From positions 14,045 through 78,044 of IMG/VR virus record IMGVR_UViG_3300025115_000004: a stretch of DNA of 64,000 bases. One strand, 5' to 3'. The notes below the pieces were generated by a model that was not told the origin of the DNA, made no database searches, and saw nothing but the letters and a program-made list of their open reading frames with translations. The DNA is from a virus. Shown in pieces: positions 17,825 through 26,979 of this stretch (position 1 is its first letter; the number at the start of each line of letters is the position of its first letter). The translations under genes and the position numbers were made by a program.

Positions 17825-18385
17825 ATGGAACCGATTTACAGTAAAACTGGATCAAGGCGTATAACGGTCGTAGATCGTTTCGCTGAAATAGATGCTGAAT
17901 GTATCGAAGTGCAGACAGCTGCAACCTTTACTTCTCTTTCTGAGGATGGATTTAATACAGGAGGTACTGGTACGCCTGTAGCACAGGTAGATACTATAGT
18001 GCTGTCAGGAACTAGTGGCACAGCTAATATTACTTATAGAGGTATTACCCGGCTGGCTACTTGGAATACTTCTCTTACTCAGACAGCTACAGATTTTGTG
18101 ACCGCTCATGCAGCTGCTTATAGGGCAGTAGGGGTTACTGTTACTTCGTCAGGAGGTAGTATACTATTTACTGCAGCTTTCCCGGGATTTCCTTTAATAG
18201 GTGCTCCTGAGATAGTGAACGTCACAACCAACTTGGCTGGGACGGTTTCTACCACTACAGCTAACGTTACCACTCCCTTAGGCATCCACGGTTTAAGTGG
18301 CTCGATACCTGTAGGTACTAGGATATTTGCAAAGACTCGTTTTAAGGGTGTGCAAATAAGTGCGGGTGTTCTGTTAGTATATTGA
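17825..18385 (+). CDS. Virion structural protein with an inserted Thr-rich beta module
   Basis: Shares an ~90-aa module with the next gene. Confidence 0.65.
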   Translation: MEPIYSKTGSRRITVVDRFAEIDAECIEVQTAATFTSLSEDGFNTGGTGTPVAQVDTIVLSGTSGTANITYRGITRLATWNTSLTQTATDFVTAHAAAYRAVGVTVTSSGGSILFTAAFPGFPLIGAPEIVNVTTNLAGTVSTTTANVTTPLGIHGLSGSIPVGTRIFAKTRFKGVQISAGVLLVY

Positions 18386-18422
18386 TTTTTTGTATATTTG
18401 TAACAATTTAATATTTAAGGAA

Positions 18423-19040
18423 ATGAAATTCTTCGATCTCATTAATGTGCCTAAAAAAGCCGTCCATAAGATGACTTTAGGGGCTAATCAGGTTACCCTG
18501 ACTGGAACTGGTGGTACAGCCAATATCACTGTAAACGGTGTTACCCGGCTGGCTACTTGGAATACTTCTCTTACTCAGACAGCCACAGATTTTGTGGCAG
18601 CTCATTTTGCTACTTTTCTTAATGCTGGATTGAGGGTCTCATCTGCGGCTGCTGTTCTTACTTTTACCCCGGTAGCTGGGTGGAAAACATCTAATGATGT
18701 TACAGCGACTATAGCTAACGTTACGACTAACCTTAACGGTACCCTTGCGGCTACTCTTGTGGTTGACTTCAACAAGGCTAGGATATGGCAGGTTACAGTT
18801 GGTTGTCCTTATACGATAGCTAAACCGGTGAATATGAGGGATGGAGATGTTATATCTCTCGAATTAAAGGTTACTGGTTCTTTTGCTCGTACATGGGATA
18901 CCTCGTGGCAGTTTGCGGGTGGTACAGAGATGGTTCAGACAGCTAGTGGTCTGGACATCTGTAATGGTCGTTACAATGCTACAGCTGATAAGGTTTATAT
19001 CTTTAATACAGCTGCTGACGTTAAAGCGAAGATCACGTAA
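18423..19040 (+). CDS. Virion structural/decoration protein
   Basis: Start moved to ATG 18423, after TATATTTG at 18393-18400; shared module plus fibre-tip-like C-terminus. Confidence 0.65.
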   Translation: MKFFDLINVPKKAVHKMTLGANQVTLTGTGGTANITVNGVTRLATWNTSLTQTATDFVAAHFATFLNAGLRVSSAAAVLTFTPVAGWKTSNDVTATIANVTTNLNGTLAATLVVDFNKARIWQVTVGCPYTIAKPVNMRDGDVISLELKVTGSFARTWDTSWQFAGGTEMVQTASGLDICNGRYNATADKVYIFNTAADVKAKIT

Positions 19041-19042
19041 TC

Positions 19043-19228
19043 ATGAGACGTAAAGAGAGGCCAATATACGAGGTAGAAATCGAGAAAGTTCTCAAGGATA
19101 CCGGGGCACCCAATAAACCATTCTACGCTAAAGTAGCTGAGTATAAGAGGTACAGATTATTCGGTATCTTACTCAAGAAAGTGTCGGTTAAAGGTGATTT
19201 TCCGGACCCTGAGGATAGGGATAAGTGA
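19043..19228 (+). CDS. Small hypothetical protein
   Basis: 61-aa ORF in the operon. Confidence 0.55.
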   Translation: MRRKERPIYEVEIEKVLKDTGAPNKPFYAKVAEYKRYRLFGILLKKVSVKGDFPDPEDRDK

Positions 19229-19254
19229 TAAACCCCGTTACTCTATAACATATC

Positions 19255-19294
19255 GATGAAATCCTATTTTGGCTAGACCGGATAGGATTTCATC
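19255..19294 (+). terminator. Long hairpin, probable terminator or processing site
   Basis: GATGAAATCCTAT ... ATAGGATTTCATC 13-bp stem extended by G-U pairs; weak U-tract. Confidence 0.55.
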
Positions 19295-19311
19295 ACTTTA
19301 TCTTCGAACTA

Positions 19312-22300
19312 ATGCGTAGTACTGAAGGACAGAAATATACAGCCTCCTTATTCTTTGGTGGTTTGGCTAGGGATATAGATCCCGAAATGTTAGATCCTAA
19401 AACAGGAGCCTTTCTTGAGGCTCATGGTATGAGGATCTCTAATATGGTTAAGAATATATTGACCAAGTTACCCGGAGATAAGGAGTTTATCACTGCTACG
19501 GCTGTAGAGGCTAACATACTCACAGGATTGGTGTGGTTAAATGGTTATGTGGTAGAGTTTTGGCATGACACCTTAACAGGTTACGGTACTATAAGGGCTA
19601 ATGGGGTTGTTGTAGCCTCTTCCTTAGATATCCCCGGGGACGACTCCCACTGGTTGGATATAGATACTAATAGTGATACCGGGGAGTTATTCATCACGGA
19701 TAACAAGCAGTGTCCTGTGGTATATGAGTTGCCGGATTTATTAGCTAATGTTGCTACCCAAAAATACTTCACTAACTACGACAGGACGTTATACGAGATT
19801 AATAAACCGGTTCAGTTGAATCAACCTATGTTCGTGTCTCTGGAGGATCTTGGAGCTGCTGGAGGTTTAAGAACAGGCAGCTATGCTTACTCCATGTGTT
19901 ACTCTACTCTTAGTGGTGAGGATACCGCGTGGAGTCCTGTGTCGCCTTATATACCTGTACCTGTGGAGAATGTTACTCAGAGGAGTCTCCCTATTAGCGG
20001 TTATTACTCAGGTCTTGAAACCTATGGCTCTGAGCCATCTTTATCTCCTACTAGGTATGGAATTAGGTTGCGTTTGCGTGTGGTCAACAAGGCTGGGTTT
20101 GATTACATTAAGCTTAGGAGGGTTGAAAACGTTACTGGACAACCTCCAAGTTATACTCCTGCAGCTCAGTTTTTGATTCTTACAGTAGATGCTGGAGGTA
20201 CACCTATTGACATTAAACAGAACCCTTTCACTATAATAGATTTTGTGGATAGCAGTGCTCAGCAGTGGGCTGCTTTAGATACTTCTATAATAAATACTTT
20301 GAGTACCGTTAAGAGGGCTAGGACAATTAGATATTACGATAGAAGGATTATTCTAGGGGGTGTGGAGTATATGCCTAAGACCTTGTCATCCGAGGATATA
20401 TTTATACAACATTCTGGTGTGGCTAAGGTACTATTTCCGGTTGTTGAGAGGTTAAATGCTGATGGTTTTGCAGATATCCAGAATCAGGTATTTAAGAAAT
20501 CACACAGGCTAGGTGAGAGGTATGGTTTTGGTCTAAAGCTTAGGGACGAACAGGGGAATGATCTATACACAATACCTTTAAAGAAGGGGGCAGAGGATTA
20601 CACAAACTATTTATTTCCTCAACGAAGAGACGCTATTCCAGCAAGTGAATTATCCTTTTCTTCGAATCCTTTGATTGATTCTACAGTAGAAAGTAACTCC
20701 GCGGGGACTAAGACACAATATTCTTATCCTATCCTTATTCATAATAGTAACTGTGTGATGACTCCTTTGAGTCAGAATTCGGTATCTTTCAGTATACCGA
20801 ATTTCAAATCTATTATGAACATACCTTCTAACGCCTCTATAAGTAGCACATTTGTAGGTAAATGTAACACATTATCAGGTATTTATGAGGCTATAGATAA
20901 TGATTACCCGTTCAGTATTGAAGGTAGTTTATTGGATAACGGTTCTTCCGTGGTATATACCTCCGGGACAGATACTTTGACTTTTACTATTATATACTCC
21001 AGCGGGGATATCTTTGACGAGAGTCCTATCCAGATTTTGTCAGGGACAGCTACTTTTCTACAGTTAATGTGCCAATATACTGTACAGTCGTCATATGACT
21101 ATGTATATGACCCAGTTACTGCTATTAGGACTGCGAAGACAGGGACTCCGTCTAGTGATGTCAACATTATCGAAGACAGTAATAACTATCCTTATAATCC
21201 TCTAACTCCCACCGGTGTCGGTGGTGGTTCTGGGGGTAGAGGCAACAATTATGAGGGGCATAGGATTGAGGTGATGGATACCATTGAGTCTACTAATAAT
21301 GTGGTAGGTAAGTATGGGGTACATAAATCTACTGTGGGGGTAAGTATAGGGGGTTTAGATCTATCTAAACTACCTGACTATGTTAAGTCTTTCAGCGTGG
21401 TAAGGACTCCTCCTGCTGGGCGTGTGGTGTGTCAGGGTATAGGTATGTACGCTTTGGTCCCTCAGAATTATGGGGATACTTCTCCCGGGCTTGTTAAACA
21501 TTTAAACAGGTTGTGGTTTTATTCTCCTGAGCTTGATCAGGTAATAGGGGATAAGGCTCATCTATTCGATGATATTGCTAATAATCCGAGTAACTATCAA
21601 ATTCAATTAGTGTCCCCTTGCGGCTTTTTCACTGATGTCTATTCTTCGGAATATATACTACCACCAATACCATCACCTCCTATAGATAGATACACCCACA
21701 TGGATATGGTTTCTATGCCTATATCTGGGGCTGACACTAATGTGGCTGATATGAGTCCTATGGATAGCTCTGATCAGATAGGGGTAGCTGGTAGGATCAC
21801 TTTCGGTAAATGGAGGAATCAATCAAATCAAGGTAGCGGGATTACTTCTAGTACAGATAAATACATATACGATATAACAAGTGCATCTACTGCTATACAT
21901 GGTAAGTTCAGGTTACCTTACTTAGAACTAGCTCTTGGGGCTAATATCTATTATACCGCTAACGTTGGTACGGTGGCAGGTACTAATTCTGGGGCGAGAG
22001 ACTTTCATGAGCCTTGGTATATTGTGAACATCATACAGACAGGTAAGAATATTATTTCCGGGAATATAGACACTTACAATGAGATAGGTCATAATATACA
22101 TATAAGCAGTGTGTTGGGAGTAAGTAACGGACTGTTTTCACAATCCTTTGAACTGCTCGAGGAACGTCCTGAAGATGTGACAGGTCTAGGTACCTCTGCT
22201 TCACAATATAGGTACATCTATGTGGACGGGGAGCCTTGGCTTAGCGGTAATAATATACCTGTAGGGAACATCAACACATATAGAGCTGATCTTTTGAATA

Positions 22301-24069
22301 ATGGATCGTTCACTCCTTCAGGTGGTTTGACCTGTTATGGTTTATATCAAGTTACGGGTCGAACTATAACTTTTCCTTACCTAATGCCCGGATCAGGTAC
22401 GCCTATTGTACCGGTAATCGGTACAGAGATTGTTGTCAGATATAATCCTAATTCTCCTATTAAGGTTTTCTTAGGGGATACTGTGGTGGGGGAGGCTTCT
22501 TTCCTTGCTGTTGATGGTGAAGGTGGAGGTAAGGGAGTGTCTAATTATACTACACACTTTAGGATGGCCGCTCCTATGCCTCAATTAAACTTTACCTTGC
22601 ATGCCAATTATCGTCAGCCTTATGATCCGGCTAATACTCTGGGAGGTACTTTAAAGGCTATAGAGACAGTTACTTCCTTCCAGTTGGGGTGGATAAGACA
22701 ATGGTTGGTTATGTTCACCTGCGAAAGTACAGTGAACTTACCTATGGTGTATAAGGATATGTTCCCCAGACGTAATTATGTTATGCGTCCTAAGTTCTTT
22801 GCCGCTAAATTAGACTCTGAATCGATCAATGATTACCTTGAAAGACATCTCACTTACCTTGATTATAATGTAGACTATCCTGATGAGATATATAATTGGG
22901 CCTACGGAGGGTTTCATACCCCTTCTGGATCTAATTTTGATTACCAGAAGAATCTTCCTTATAAAGGGTTCACAAAGCCTAAGATAGGTTCTATAGATCT
23001 GTTGAGTATGATGAAGAGGCTCCATTGGTCTACTGAGACGAGAGTGGGTTTCAGATTTAGCAGGGTATTTATTCCTTTGAATGTCTATGACCTCCGTAAT
23101 GATAAAGCCTCTCAGATAAGTATTTTATATGACGAATTCTCGGAGAAGGGGTCGAATCTTTATGTGATTACTGATAGGGGTGTTGGTATGCTTCTAGTGG
23201 GTAAGAAGATGCTATCTGATGCTGGTGGTAACGCTTTAACTATCAGAGCTTCTGATGCTACCTTTATCGGTGGAGAGGTATGGTTAAGTAATGGTATTAG
23301 TTGCCCGGACGATTATTGGAGAGGTAAGTCAGAGGGGATTATCAAAGCCCCTAATAATATTAAGATGCCTGTACTGATCTTCCCCACAACTAGGGAGATT
23401 ATCATGTTGACTAACAATACCTTCATGGATATCTCAACAAATAATCGACAGGTTATCTCGGACGCTCTGAAGGGTATAGGTAGCAACAACATGTTTAGTG
23501 TTATTGACGAAGAGTTAAATGCTATGCATATACACCTAAATGGTTATATGTATAGTTTTAATATGGATATCAATAATTGGGATTTCTCTTTACATAATCC
23601 TTTATATGTGAAATCTGTATACACCCCTTATCTGAATGGTGTCAACGATAAGTCTGTGGTTGCTTCTGTGGTTGTAGATGATTTAGTGGAGGAGAGATCT
23701 GTAGTGATTTCCAGCTCATTACCTGCGAGGGTCACGTTATCTGACTCTATACCTTATGTTTCTTTCTCGGTAACTCCGGGATTAGCCTCCTCTTATGAGT
23801 TTGTTGATATATTTATAGGGGCTAGTTATAAACCGGCTAAAATTGTTCTATCCTTGGAGAGTGATTTTTCAGTGGTATCAGAAGTATTACAGGCAAAAAT
23901 TAATCAGTATGCTCCCGGGTTATGGGAGGCTAAGTTACCTAGGTTAAGTAATAGTAAGAGATTGGTTGGCAAGACTTTATATGTCTCGGTTGTTTTACCG
24001 GACGATCATGCTTTTGTCTATGATCTTAAATGGGTAAAAATAGGTTATAAAGATATCATTGGGGGTTAG
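19312..24069 (+). CDS. Tail stabilisation/muzzle-like protein
   Basis: 1585 aa, beta-rich; N-terminal F.GGL..D.DP..L.P..G.F.EA..MR typical of P22 gp10/crAss muzzle-type proteins; adjacent to IHF. Confidence 0.7.
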   Translation: MRSTEGQKYTASLFFGGLARDIDPEMLDPKTGAFLEAHGMRISNMVKNILTKLPGDKEFITATAVEANILTGLVWLNGYVVEFWHDTLTGYGTIRANGVVVASSLDIPGDDSHWLDIDTNSDTGELFITDNKQCPVVYELPDLLANVATQKYFTNYDRTLYEINKPVQLNQPMFVSLEDLGAAGGLRTGSYAYSMCYSTLSGEDTAWSPVSPYIPVPVENVTQRSLPISGYYSGLETYGSEPSLSPTRYGIRLRLRVVNKAGFDYIKLRRVENVTGQPPSYTPAAQFLILTVDAGGTPIDIKQNPFTIIDFVDSSAQQWAALDTSIINTLSTVKRARTIRYYDRRIILGGVEYMPKTLSSEDIFIQHSGVAKVLFPVVERLNADGFADIQNQVFKKSHRLGERYGFGLKLRDEQGNDLYTIPLKKGAEDYTNYLFPQRRDAIPASELSFSSNPLIDSTVESNSAGTKTQYSYPILIHNSNCVMTPLSQNSVSFSIPNFKSIMNIPSNASISSTFVGKCNTLSGIYEAIDNDYPFSIEGSLLDNGSSVVYTSGTDTLTFTIIYSSGDIFDESPIQILSGTATFLQLMCQYTVQSSYDYVYDPVTAIRTAKTGTPSSDVNIIEDSNNYPYNPLTPTGVGGGSGGRGNNYEGHRIEVMDTIESTNNVVGKYGVHKSTVGVSIGGLDLSKLPDYVKSFSVVRTPPAGRVVCQGIGMYALVPQNYGDTSPGLVKHLNRLWFYSPELDQVIGDKAHLFDDIANNPSNYQIQLVSPCGFFTDVYSSEYILPPIPSPPIDRYTHMDMVSMPISGADTNVADMSPMDSSDQIGVAGRITFGKWRNQSNQGSGITSSTDKYIYDITSASTAIHGKFRLPYLELALGANIYYTANVGTVAGTNSGARDFHEPWYIVNIIQTGKNIISGNIDTYNEIGHNIHISSVLGVSNGLFSQSFELLEERPEDVTGLGTSASQYRYIYVDGEPWLSGNNIPVGNINTYRADLLNNGSFTPSGGLTCYGLYQVTGRTITFPYLMPGSGTPIVPVIGTEIVVRYNPNSPIKVFLGDTVVGEASFLAVDGEGGGKGVSNYTTHFRMAAPMPQLNFTLHANYRQPYDPANTLGGTLKAIETVTSFQLGWIRQWLVMFTCESTVNLPMVYKDMFPRRNYVMRPKFFAAKLDSESINDYLERHLTYLDYNVDYPDEIYNWAYGGFHTPSGSNFDYQKNLPYKGFTKPKIGSIDLLSMMKRLHWSTETRVGFRFSRVFIPLNVYDLRNDKASQISILYDEFSEKGSNLYVITDRGVGMLLVGKKMLSDAGGNALTIRASDATFIGGEVWLSNGISCPDDYWRGKSEGIIKAPNNIKMPVLIFPTTREIIMLTNNTFMDISTNNRQVISDALKGIGSNNMFSVIDEELNAMHIHLNGYMYSFNMDINNWDFSLHNPLYVKSVYTPYLNGVNDKSVVASVVVDDLVEERSVVISSSLPARVTLSDSIPYVSFSVTPGLASSYEFVDIFIGASYKPAKIVLSLESDFSVVSEVLQAKINQYAPGLWEAKLPRLSNSKRLVGKTLYVSVVLPDDHAFVYDLKWVKIGYKDIIGG

Positions 24070-24132
24070 GAAATTAGCATTATAATATGTAAATTTGTGC
24101 GTCAAAAACTAATTAATAAAAACTAAAAAGTT

Positions 24133-24471
24133 ATGCCACGAAAATGTAAAGTGTCAAAAATCATGGGTAAGGTCGGTAAGAAAGCAGTAGTTAAGTATGT
24201 AGCAAAGGATACAGGAATTTCTCAGGAGACTGTCTCTTTTGTTTATGACAGCATTATGGATTGCATACTGAAGAGTGTGTTGGACATTAAGGCTGTTACT
24301 CTTCCGGGGATCGGCATCATATATCATAATCCTGTTAAAAGCAGGTTGTCGAATATGACCAATAGTATCGTACCTCCCCATAAGCATTTGTCCTTTAAGC
24401 CTCAGGAGGTTCTGGCTAGGACTATTCGGGTTAAGACCCGGGAATATCCGATAACATCGAAAACGAAGTAA
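24133..24471 (+). CDS. IHF/HU-like DNA-binding protein
   Basis: KKAVVKYVAKDTGISQ..V..V, VTLPGIG, VPPHKHLSFKP; promoter TAAATTTG at 24090. Confidence 0.85.
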   Translation: MPRKCKVSKIMGKVGKKAVVKYVAKDTGISQETVSFVYDSIMDCILKSVLDIKAVTLPGIGIIYHNPVKSRLSNMTNSIVPPHKHLSFKPQEVLARTIRVKTREYPITSKTK

Positions 24472-24472
24472 T

Positions 24473-25240
24473 ATGAGTAATGTAGGATTATCAACAGCAC
24501 AAGGAGCTCTAGGTGGTGCCGGTACAGGTGCAGCCATTGGTACAGCTCTATTACCCGGTGTGGGTACAGTATTAGGCACTATAGGTGGAGGTATAATAGG
24601 GGCCTTATCTGGGAGTGACAAAGCTTCAGAGCTGGAGAAGGTCCTCAAGAATATTAATAGTATCCCCTTAGTAGATCCTAAGATGGTGGAGCTACGCGAT
24701 TCTTTGTCCGCTGAAAAGAAAGCGATAGAGTCGGGTTTCTCCACAGATTTTCAGGTTGCTAGGGACATGATTGCCGAGTCCGAGGCGGGTGGTATGTCGG
24801 TAGCAGCAGAGATAGCTGCTACCAACCCGGCCTTAGGGCTTATGGCTATGAATCAGGTATCTAGTCAGGCAGATGCCTCTGTCAACAAGGCTTTAGGTAC
24901 CATAGGTACTAGATCTACCGCTTTCACACAGATGTTGGCAGATTTGATGGGGAAGATGAGTCAAAGAGAGTTGGATATAACGATGTTTAAAAACTCACAG
25001 AACTTGGCTATCGCTTTCAAGAATATGAAGGACTTTAATGAGAATTCTATGGCAGGTATGATGCAGCTTTTAGATCCGGAAGTTATTTCTGGTTTTAAAA
25101 GTGTTATAGGTTCTGGGGGTGTTGACGGTGGTAAGGTAGCTGGATTATTACCTTTCGGTTGGGGCACTAATCCAGCTGATTTTAGGGGTTCTTCTATGGG
25201 AGATTATTTTAGTAATATGGGGATAGGTATACCTCAATAA
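24473..25240 (+). CDS. Ejection/cargo protein 1 with glycine-zipper membrane segment
   Basis: GALGGAGTGAAIGTALLPGVGTVLGTIGGGIIGALSG. Confidence 0.65.
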   Translation: MSNVGLSTAQGALGGAGTGAAIGTALLPGVGTVLGTIGGGIIGALSGSDKASELEKVLKNINSIPLVDPKMVELRDSLSAEKKAIESGFSTDFQVARDMIAESEAGGMSVAAEIAATNPALGLMAMNQVSSQADASVNKALGTIGTRSTAFTQMLADLMGKMSQRELDITMFKNSQNLAIAFKNMKDFNENSMAGMMQLLDPEVISGFKSVIGSGGVDGGKVAGLLPFGWGTNPADFRGSSMGDYFSNMGIGIPQ

Positions 25241-25254
25241 ATTTTGATAAAGTC

Positions 25255-26979
25255 ATGGCAGATAATCCCAGTGTTGTAAGTGATGCCTCAGGAGGTAACT
25301 ACAGCGGTATATTAGACCAAACTAATTTAGCTAGTGCAGCTAATATGTCTTATCTGGAGAATCTGTGGGAACTTGCTCAGAAGGCTGCTCCAAACACTCC
25401 TGCCAGTAACCCTTATAGACCATCTGCTGGTGAGGGGGTTAAAGTGGGGGGTATATCGAACCAAACTTTAGGTAGTGTGGATTTGTTTGCTTCCGGTTTG
25501 GCTAAGATTCCTTTTGAGGTTCTGGATCAGATGGAGAAGGCCAAACAGGATGCTGAAGCTAAATATTATAAAGAGGTAAAGACCTATCTGGATAAGCCTA
25601 TTGCTGATATTACAGCCAAGTTGAATAATCCGTTTGCTCAGAAAGATTTTGTTGAGAAGATACAGGGGACCATGGATGCTTATCTGGATTCCTATGCGAA
25701 TAGATTTGGGGGTGATTACATGAAGGCCTATGCAGCTGCTGTTAGTGACCCTAACTTGAAGAGGACCATGGCTCTTTACCAGAATTATGCGGATGCTTAT
25801 AACATGGTATTTACGGATGTGGTAGACCTATTAAAAAAGTCTGCTAATCCTACTGAGTACTATGTACCTGACGAGATGAAACAAAGAGCTAATAGGTTCT
25901 TACAGAACCACGGGGATATGAAGAATCTTTCCATCGATAAACTGGCTCAGAACATTGATCAATTCAAAGAGGATTTATCAATATATAAGATTGTTCAGAC
26001 CGCGATGAAGGACTTTAAAGATTCTGTGTATGAGAGTTATCCATATAAAGACACTAACATCTCTACAGATGAGGAGGATGTTTATATTCAAAAGACAGTA
26101 ACAGGTAAAGAAGGTGGGGCTCAATCATTTATCAATTCTATAGTAGAGGCTCATCCGTGGATTAAGAGTGATCCGATTCAAATGTCTTTATTAACCTCCT
26201 TGGTTACCAACTCTATGAAGCATGATGTTAAATATGCTATTAGTAAGGTCAAAAAGGATAGTGCTGAGCGTACATTGGATCTGAAGAAGTATGGGATTAT
26301 GAACGATAAGGGAGAGATTCAGTTCAATACCAAACCAGCCGCGTTGGTTAATACTTTAGCTTATGATGCTGTGAATTATCCGAAACAGGATAAACCTATA
26401 CCAACTACTGTAGGGGCCTATGCTTACTTCATTAACAACGGGAAGTTGTGTTACGGTAAGTTACCTGAATCGTACCAGATGATCCCTGTATCTGAATATG
26501 ATATAAGGCAGGATGATAAGATTGTGAGGGGTAGGTATGTAGAGGGTAAGATAGCTTTTCAGAGTTCTCAACCATTCAAACCAGAACAGATTAGAACGGC
26601 TTCTTCACAAGGGGTGTTAACTGATGCTAGGAAGATTGGAGAGGGTAGAGGTACTACTGAAGTGGTGCCTACTAAGATATTTGATGAATTAAGCGGGTCT
26701 GAGATATCAGTGTTTGGTGAAACTACTGTTCTTATGCCTTTTGAACAGATGAAGGGACAGATAGCTGGTGCCATACCTCATATGAGTTATGTGCATGAGA
26801 AACTGGATGAAAAGAGGGGTGGTGTACATATGAAAGCAGGAACACCTGAAGTGCCTATAGGTGTGACAGAGGACACTGACCTATCAGATATAAATAACAG
26901 TCCGTTGGTTTATTATAGGCTATGGAATGGTAACGTAATGACTGGGCAGGCTATTCATAATATGTATACGAAGAAATGA
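25255..26979 (+). CDS. Ejection/cargo protein 2
   Basis: 574 aa, helical; middle of a small-medium-giant cargo trio. Confidence 0.6.
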   Translation: MADNPSVVSDASGGNYSGILDQTNLASAANMSYLENLWELAQKAAPNTPASNPYRPSAGEGVKVGGISNQTLGSVDLFASGLAKIPFEVLDQMEKAKQDAEAKYYKEVKTYLDKPIADITAKLNNPFAQKDFVEKIQGTMDAYLDSYANRFGGDYMKAYAAAVSDPNLKRTMALYQNYADAYNMVFTDVVDLLKKSANPTEYYVPDEMKQRANRFLQNHGDMKNLSIDKLAQNIDQFKEDLSIYKIVQTAMKDFKDSVYESYPYKDTNISTDEEDVYIQKTVTGKEGGAQSFINSIVEAHPWIKSDPIQMSLLTSLVTNSMKHDVKYAISKVKKDSAERTLDLKKYGIMNDKGEIQFNTKPAALVNTLAYDAVNYPKQDKPIPTTVGAYAYFINNGKLCYGKLPESYQMIPVSEYDIRQDDKIVRGRYVEGKIAFQSSQPFKPEQIRTASSQGVLTDARKIGEGRGTTEVVPTKIFDELSGSEISVFGETTVLMPFEQMKGQIAGAIPHMSYVHEKLDEKRGGVHMKAGTPEVPIGVTEDTDLSDINNSPLVYYRLWNGNVMTGQAIHNMYTKK

